Assembly: GCF_001194135.2 (NCBI RefSeq)
Contig: NC_068989.1
Location: 87,118,854 to 87,161,691 of the forward strand
Reading direction: 5' to 3'
From: Octopus bimaculoides
Taxonomy: Eukaryota
DNA: 42,838 nucleotides
The notes under the pieces are model-generated. The model was not told the origin of the DNA. It saw only the letters and a list, made by a program, of their open reading frames with translations, and made no database searches. The translations under genes and the position numbers were made by a program. This document shows, in pieces, positions 37,926-42,838 of this stretch; positions within the stretch are counted from its first letter, which is position 1, and each line of letters opens with the position of its first letter.

Positions 37926-38340
37926 GAGCCAGTGTCTTTTCGTTGACAAACATGCACTTAAAGAAGTCTTTACATATTTATAGTTTACGAAGGTACTTTC
38001 ACATTACATCAGTTTCTCAATTGTTTTAGGAGATCGTGGGGAAAAATGCACTTTATGCCTAGAAGAAACATTTCATATTTTCACGTCTAAACACCAGCTA
38101 CTAAGCTCTAAGCAGGAAATAGCCCTAAGGGGTACGCACTTTAAAGAAAAGCATTTAGATATTTCCGTAGAAAAGATTTTTAATTAGGCGAGCGCCACCT
38201 ACATAGGAGATGCTAGTGTCAACCATTTTATTTTCGCCTTTCTAGAAACAGGTCCGTTTCTCTCAGAATGTAATACGTGAAATAAAAACCTGTTAGAACC
38301 TTGTCTAACTTCCTAAAACTTCAATGAAATCCACTGATCC

Positions 38341-38400
38341 TTGGATGGATGAAAACAAAGCTAACTTGGGAGGAATTTGAACTCGGAACGTAAAACTTTT
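38341..38400 (-). mobile_element. SINE-B internal fragment
   Basis: Reverse complement TTACGTTCCGAGTTCAAATTCC..TTTGTTTTCATCC. Confidence 0.65.
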
Positions 38401-38932
38401 AAACAGATAAATTACATTTTATCAGACGGTCGGACAATGTATGAGTGTGTGTATGTGTATATGTGTATTTATGCAAGCGAGTGTACAGGCACAAAGATGA
38501 ACATGAATGCAAGTTTATATATGTGTGTATGTGTATATGTATGTGTGTATGTATGTGTGCTTGTATGTCTGTATCTATGGCTGTGTACGTATAAATGTAC
38601 GCATGTATTGTGTTATCCGTTCTTTGCGCACATCATTTTAGCGCTGCGTTGTTAAGTTTTGTTTTGGTTGAAGTTGTGGTTTCGATGAATAAATATGTCA
38701 CGTATTTCACTAAGTAGCCGTGAAATAACTGCGGCCGCCATTGCTGCTGCTGTTGCTACTGCTGTTGCTCCTGCTCTTCAAATACGTGTCGGATTTGCAC
38801 AAGAGTGCAAGTGTCCGGCTAGTGTGCAACAAATGCGCAGCACTAATAATCAGAGGCGGACGGAAAAGAGGATGGGAAGGGTGGGAGAGGATTGAAATGA
38901 GAGAGAAGGGGGAGTAAGGGAGAGAGAGAGAG

Positions 38933-39028
38933 AAAAAGAGACAGAGAGAGAAAAAGAGACAGAGAGAGAAAAAGAGACAGAGAGAGAAAAAGAGGCAGAG
39001 AGAGAAAAAGAGACAGAGAGAGAAAAAG
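38933..39028. repeat. 18-bp minisatellite AAAAAGAGACAGAGAGAG, 5.3 copies
   Basis: Five consecutive units with one substitution. Confidence 0.95.
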
Positions 39029-39177
39029 GGAGTGAAGACGTGAGAGAAAGAATTAAGTGAAACGAAGAAGAGAAGGAAAAAGAGCAAGACAGAGTGAACG
39101 AGTCACAGAGAAAGTGAGAGAGAGTGAAAGAGAGAGAGTGAGCGGGAGAGAGAAAAAATGACAGGAAGAGAACAAAA

Positions 39178-39228
39178 GAAGAAGAAGAAGAAGAAGAAGA
39201 AGAAGAAGAAGAAGAAGAAGAAGAAGAA

Positions 39229-39260
<32 letters not shown>

Positions 39261-39262
39261 AG
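39178..39262. repeat. (GAA)n microsatellite
   Basis: Direct reading. Confidence 0.95.
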
Positions 39263-39977
39263 AAGTAGAAGAGGGGAGGAGAGGAAGACCAAAGTCAGTA
39301 AACGAAAAAGAGGTCGAACGAGTAAATATAACTGAATACGCTTTAAGAAAGAAGGAAATCGATAAGTGGATCGATAAATTGATACATATATATACATGTA
39401 TACATACACACTTGTGTACATACATACATACATACATGCATACATATACATACGTATATGTATATATTCTTATATATATATATATATNNNNNNNNNNNNN
39501 NNNNNNNNNNNNNNNNNNNNNNNNNNNNNNNNNNNNNNNNNNNNNNNNNNNNNNNNNNNNNNNNNNNNNNNNNNNNNNNNNNNNNNNNNNNNNNNNNNNN
39601 NNNNNNNNNNNNNNNNNNNNNNNNNNNNNNNNNNNNNNNNNNNNNNNNNNNNNNNNNNNNNNNNNNNNNNNNNNNNNNNNNNNNNNNNNNNNNNNNNNNN
39701 NNNNNNNNNNNNNNNNNNNNNNNNNNNNNNNNNNNNNNNNNNNNNNNNNNNNNNNNNNNNNNNNNNNNNNNNNNNNNNNNNNNNNNNNNNNNNNNNNNNN
39801 NNNNNNNNNNNNNNNNNNNNNNNNNNNNNNNNNNNNNNNNNNNNNNNNNNNNNNNNNNNNNNNNNNNNNNNNNNNNNNNNNNNNNNNNNNNNNNNNNNNN
39901 NNNNNNNNNNNNNNNNNNNNNNNNNNNNNNNNNNNNNNNNNNNNNNNNNNNNNNNNNNNNNNNNNNNNNNNNNNNNN

Positions 39978-40327
39978 TCTGGGATCAGTCCCACTGCGTG
40001 GCGTCTTGGGCAAGTGTATTCTACTGTAGCCTCGGGTCGACTAAAGCCTTGTGAGCGGATTTGGTAGACGGAAACTGAAAGAAGCCCGTCGTATATATGT
40101 ATATATATATGTATGTGTGGGTATATGTTTGTGTGTCTGTGTTTGTCCGCCCAACATCGCTTGACGACCGATGCTGGTGTGTTTACGTCCCCGTAAACTA
40201 GCGGTTCGGCAAAAGAGACCGATAGAATAAGTACTAGGCTTCCAAAGAATAAGTCCTGGGGTCGGTTTGCTCGACTAAAGGCGGTGCTCCAGCATGGCCG
40301 CAGTCAAATGACTGAAACAAGTAAAGG
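39978..40327 (+). mobile_element. SINE-A, well preserved (head cut by a gap)
   Basis: Complete body from CAGTCCCACTGCGTGGC to GACTGAAACAAGTAAAAG. Confidence 0.95.
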
Positions 40328-40464
40328 ACCAAAAGGATATGTTGTATTTGGGAACTACACAATCCACTGTCCTCGACCCTGGTGTTGTTTAACCCCAGGT
40401 AAGTTCTGGTAGAATAGGCGTATGAGATATCATTATACATGATCATTTAATTTTATTCTTTTCT

Positions 40465-40637
40465 TTGTGAGTGGATTTGATAGACGGAAACTGAAAAAAG
40501 TCTGTCGTATATATGCTTGTGTGTCTGTGTTTGTCTCCACACGGGCTTACAACGAATAAGTCCTGTGGTTGATTTGTCAGACTTAAAGCAGTGCTCCAGC
40601 ATGGTCGCAGTCAAATGTCTGAAACAAATAAAAGAAT
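40465..40637 (+). mobile_element. SINE-A, 5'-truncated and internally deleted
   Basis: TTGTGAGTGGATTTGATAGACGGAAACTGAA...GCTCCAGCATGGTCGCAGTCAAATGTCTGAAACAAATAAAAGAA. Confidence 0.85.
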
Positions 40638-40711
40638 CTAACTATCTATCAATCTATCCATCTATAAATGTATATATATATATATATATATATACATGAT
40701 CATTTAATTTT

Positions 40712-40749
<38 letters not shown>

Positions 40750-41595
40750 NNNNNNNNNNNNNNNNNNNNNNNNNNNNNNNNNNNNNNNNNNNNNNNNNNN
40801 NNNNNNNNNNNNNNNNNNNNNNNNNNNNNNNNNNNNNNNNNNNNNNNNNNNNNNNNNNNNNNNNNNNNNNNNNNNNNNNNNNNNNNNNNNNNNNNNNNNN
40901 NNNNNNNNNNNNNNNNNNNNNNNNNNNNNNNNNNNNNNNNNNNNNNNNNNNNNNNNNNNNNNNNNNNNNNNNNNNNNNNNNNNNNNNNNNNNNNNNNNNN
41001 NNNNNNNNNNNNNNNNNNNNNNNNNNNNNNNNNNNNNNNNNNNNNNNNNNNNNNNNNNNNNNNNNNNNNNNNNNNNNNNNNNNNNNNNNNNNNNNNNNNN
41101 NNNNNNNNNNNNNNNNNNNNNNNNNNNNNNNNNNNNNNNNNNNNNNNNNNNNNNNNNNNNNNNNNNNNNNNNNNNNNNNNNNNNNNNNNNNNNNNNNNNN
41201 NNNNNNNNNNNNNNNNNNNNNNNNNNNNNNNNNNNNNNNNNNNNNNNNNNNNNNNNNNNNNNNNNNNNNNNNNNNNNNNNNNNNNNNNNNNNNNNNNNNN
41301 NNNNNNNNNNNNNNNNNNNNNNNNNNNNNNNNNNNNNNNNNNNNNNNNNNNNNAAAAAAAAAAAAAAAATGGCAGAGAAAAAAATACAAAAAATTTCCAA
41401 GCGTCTGCTTATTCACACCTTTTAATTTATTAATTTATTAATTTATTAATTTATTAATTTATTTATTTGCTTCGAAGATATAGTTTTGCAAGTTGGCACA
41501 TGTTTTGATTCTGTTGCAATCAACGACTTTTGATAAGTGAAGACACGCGTTCTATAAACTGAAGCCAGAACAACAGTGAAACAGAATATTATCAC

Positions 41596-41702
41596 CTGGT
41601 AATCATATCTGACTTTGGAAGCTGCTAGCGGATTGAAATGGCGACGAGTTGACTGACGACGATTTGTCAAAACGCCATAAACACGCTCATACATAAACTT
41701 AT
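41596..41702 (-). CDS. Candidate 107-nt exon (DKFMYERVYGVLTNRRQSTRRHFNPLAASKVRYDYQ)
   Basis: Acceptor TCTGTTTTGTTTTTGTTCTTAG, donor CAG|GTGATA, one open frame; peptide not recognised. Confidence 0.2.
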
Positions 41703-42327
41703 CTAAGAACAAAAACAAAACAGACAACCCACACACACATAGAAGGCAGACAGTGGTGCATTTACACATATCACTGCTTAGCGCTTCCCTCCACAATTTG
41801 CTTACAGTGAGCCACCGCATAGCGCTAATCAGTTACCGTACGGTGACTGAAACAGCATAAGGAAAAATCTGTTTTATCACTTCGCAGCGTGTCCCTGCCT
41901 AGTGTCTGTATCTGAAGAGTAGATAACTACTCCGAAATACTTACATCTCACAGTCTAAATTGGTGGCACTGCGAACTGATATATGTGTATTAACACCATT
42001 TGTGTACAGCGGGCAATTTTCTCAATGACAAAACACAGTGAATGGTTTATTAACGAGTCCAAACGTACAAAAAGCATATTTGAACTGGTGATAACTTTAC
42101 TTTTATATATATCACTTCCTAGCGCTCTCCCTCAAATTATCAAAATCATTTTCCTTCTTAAAATATATACGTGGTACCTTTCATAATTGTATTGAAGGAT
42201 GCTTGAGGTAACGGCAGAATATTGTTTATGCAGCTATACATAAAAACAAGCATTAATATATGAGTGCGTGTGTGTGTGTGTGTGTATGTGTGTGAGTGTG
42301 TGTGTGTGTGTGTGTGTNNNNNNNNNN

Positions 42328-42367
<40 letters not shown>

Positions 42368-42707
42368 TTTCTGTATGTATGTTGTTGTGTATAGTATGCA
42401 TCGAAACTGACAGACGCACCTATACTGAAGCACGCATAAATATCTTCTCTTTTCAGTAATTCTTAACATTTTCTTTCGAGCCTTCCCCCATTTTTTTCAT
42501 GTGGCACGTTTTCCCTTCTTTCAGTTACTTTCTCAAACTCCAGTCTTCACATATTTTGCTTTTAATTCGTTTCCTTAACTCCCGTATAACCCTGAGGCTT
42601 TCCCTACCTCTAATAGTACACTAATACATACTCGTACACAGACACACACATACACATACAACATACACACTCAACACATACATAAAGATACGTAGAAAAT
42701 ACGTCTT

Positions 42708-42806
42708 CTATAGTAGAAGACACTTACACAAGGTGCCACACAGCGGGACTGAAACCGGAACCATGTGGTTGGTAAGCAGACTACTTGCCACACAGCCACC
42801 CTTATG

Positions 42807-42808
<2 letters not shown>
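42708..42808 (-). mobile_element. SINE-A tRNA-derived head
   Basis: Reverse complement GGCATAAGGGTGGCTGTGTGGCAAG (A box) ...CCACATGGTTCCGGTTTCAGTCCC (B box region). Confidence 0.9.

Positions 42809-42838
<30 letters not shown>

Larger units (their letters stand above)
37135..38219. repeat. Pair of ~195-bp direct repeats (37135-37328 and 38025-38219)
   Basis: Differ by 4 substitutions and one 1-nt indel. Confidence 0.95.

Noticed and set aside
40380-40405. CCCCAG|GTAAGT as a second recursive site
   Set aside because: Pyrimidine tract too short and no suitably placed branch point.
41912-41940. CTGAAGA-GTAG-ATAA-CTAC-TCC-GAAA hammerhead-like motif
   Set aside because: Three extra nucleotides before GAAA and no UH site; better explained as a simple imperfect hairpin.

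Overview
Eukaryotic, AT-rich, repeat-dense non-coding DNA, probably a large intron or intergenic region. About 6.1 kb is N, in 13 assembly gaps that almost all abut microsatellites. The tRNA-derived SINE families resemble those I recall from octopus genomes, so Octopus is my inferred source (not verified). No protein-coding gene is recognisable; almost every supplied ORF is a microsatellite or gap artefact. Supported content: about 30 SINE copies or fragments from several families (labels A, B, C and D are mine), a restriction-like-endonuclease (RLE) LINE fragment, a 279-bp foldback MITE, a Penelope-type fragment with a degenerate hammerhead ribozyme, and many simple repeats. Best leads: (1) a ~430-bp A-B-A element at 1594-2023 with LTR-like direct repeats, a candidate 5-bp TSD and a polypurine tract, but a fully palindromic interior and no PBS; (2) the hammerhead at 37523-37568; (3) a recursive-splice-site motif at 34072/34073 followed by a stop-containing cryptic exon; (4) SINE-B insertion into (ATT)n arrays with a 17-bp TSD, alongside an R4/Dong-like LINE remnant; (5) a pre-miRNA-sized hairpin and frame-preserving microexon candidates. 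All functional readings are hypotheses.
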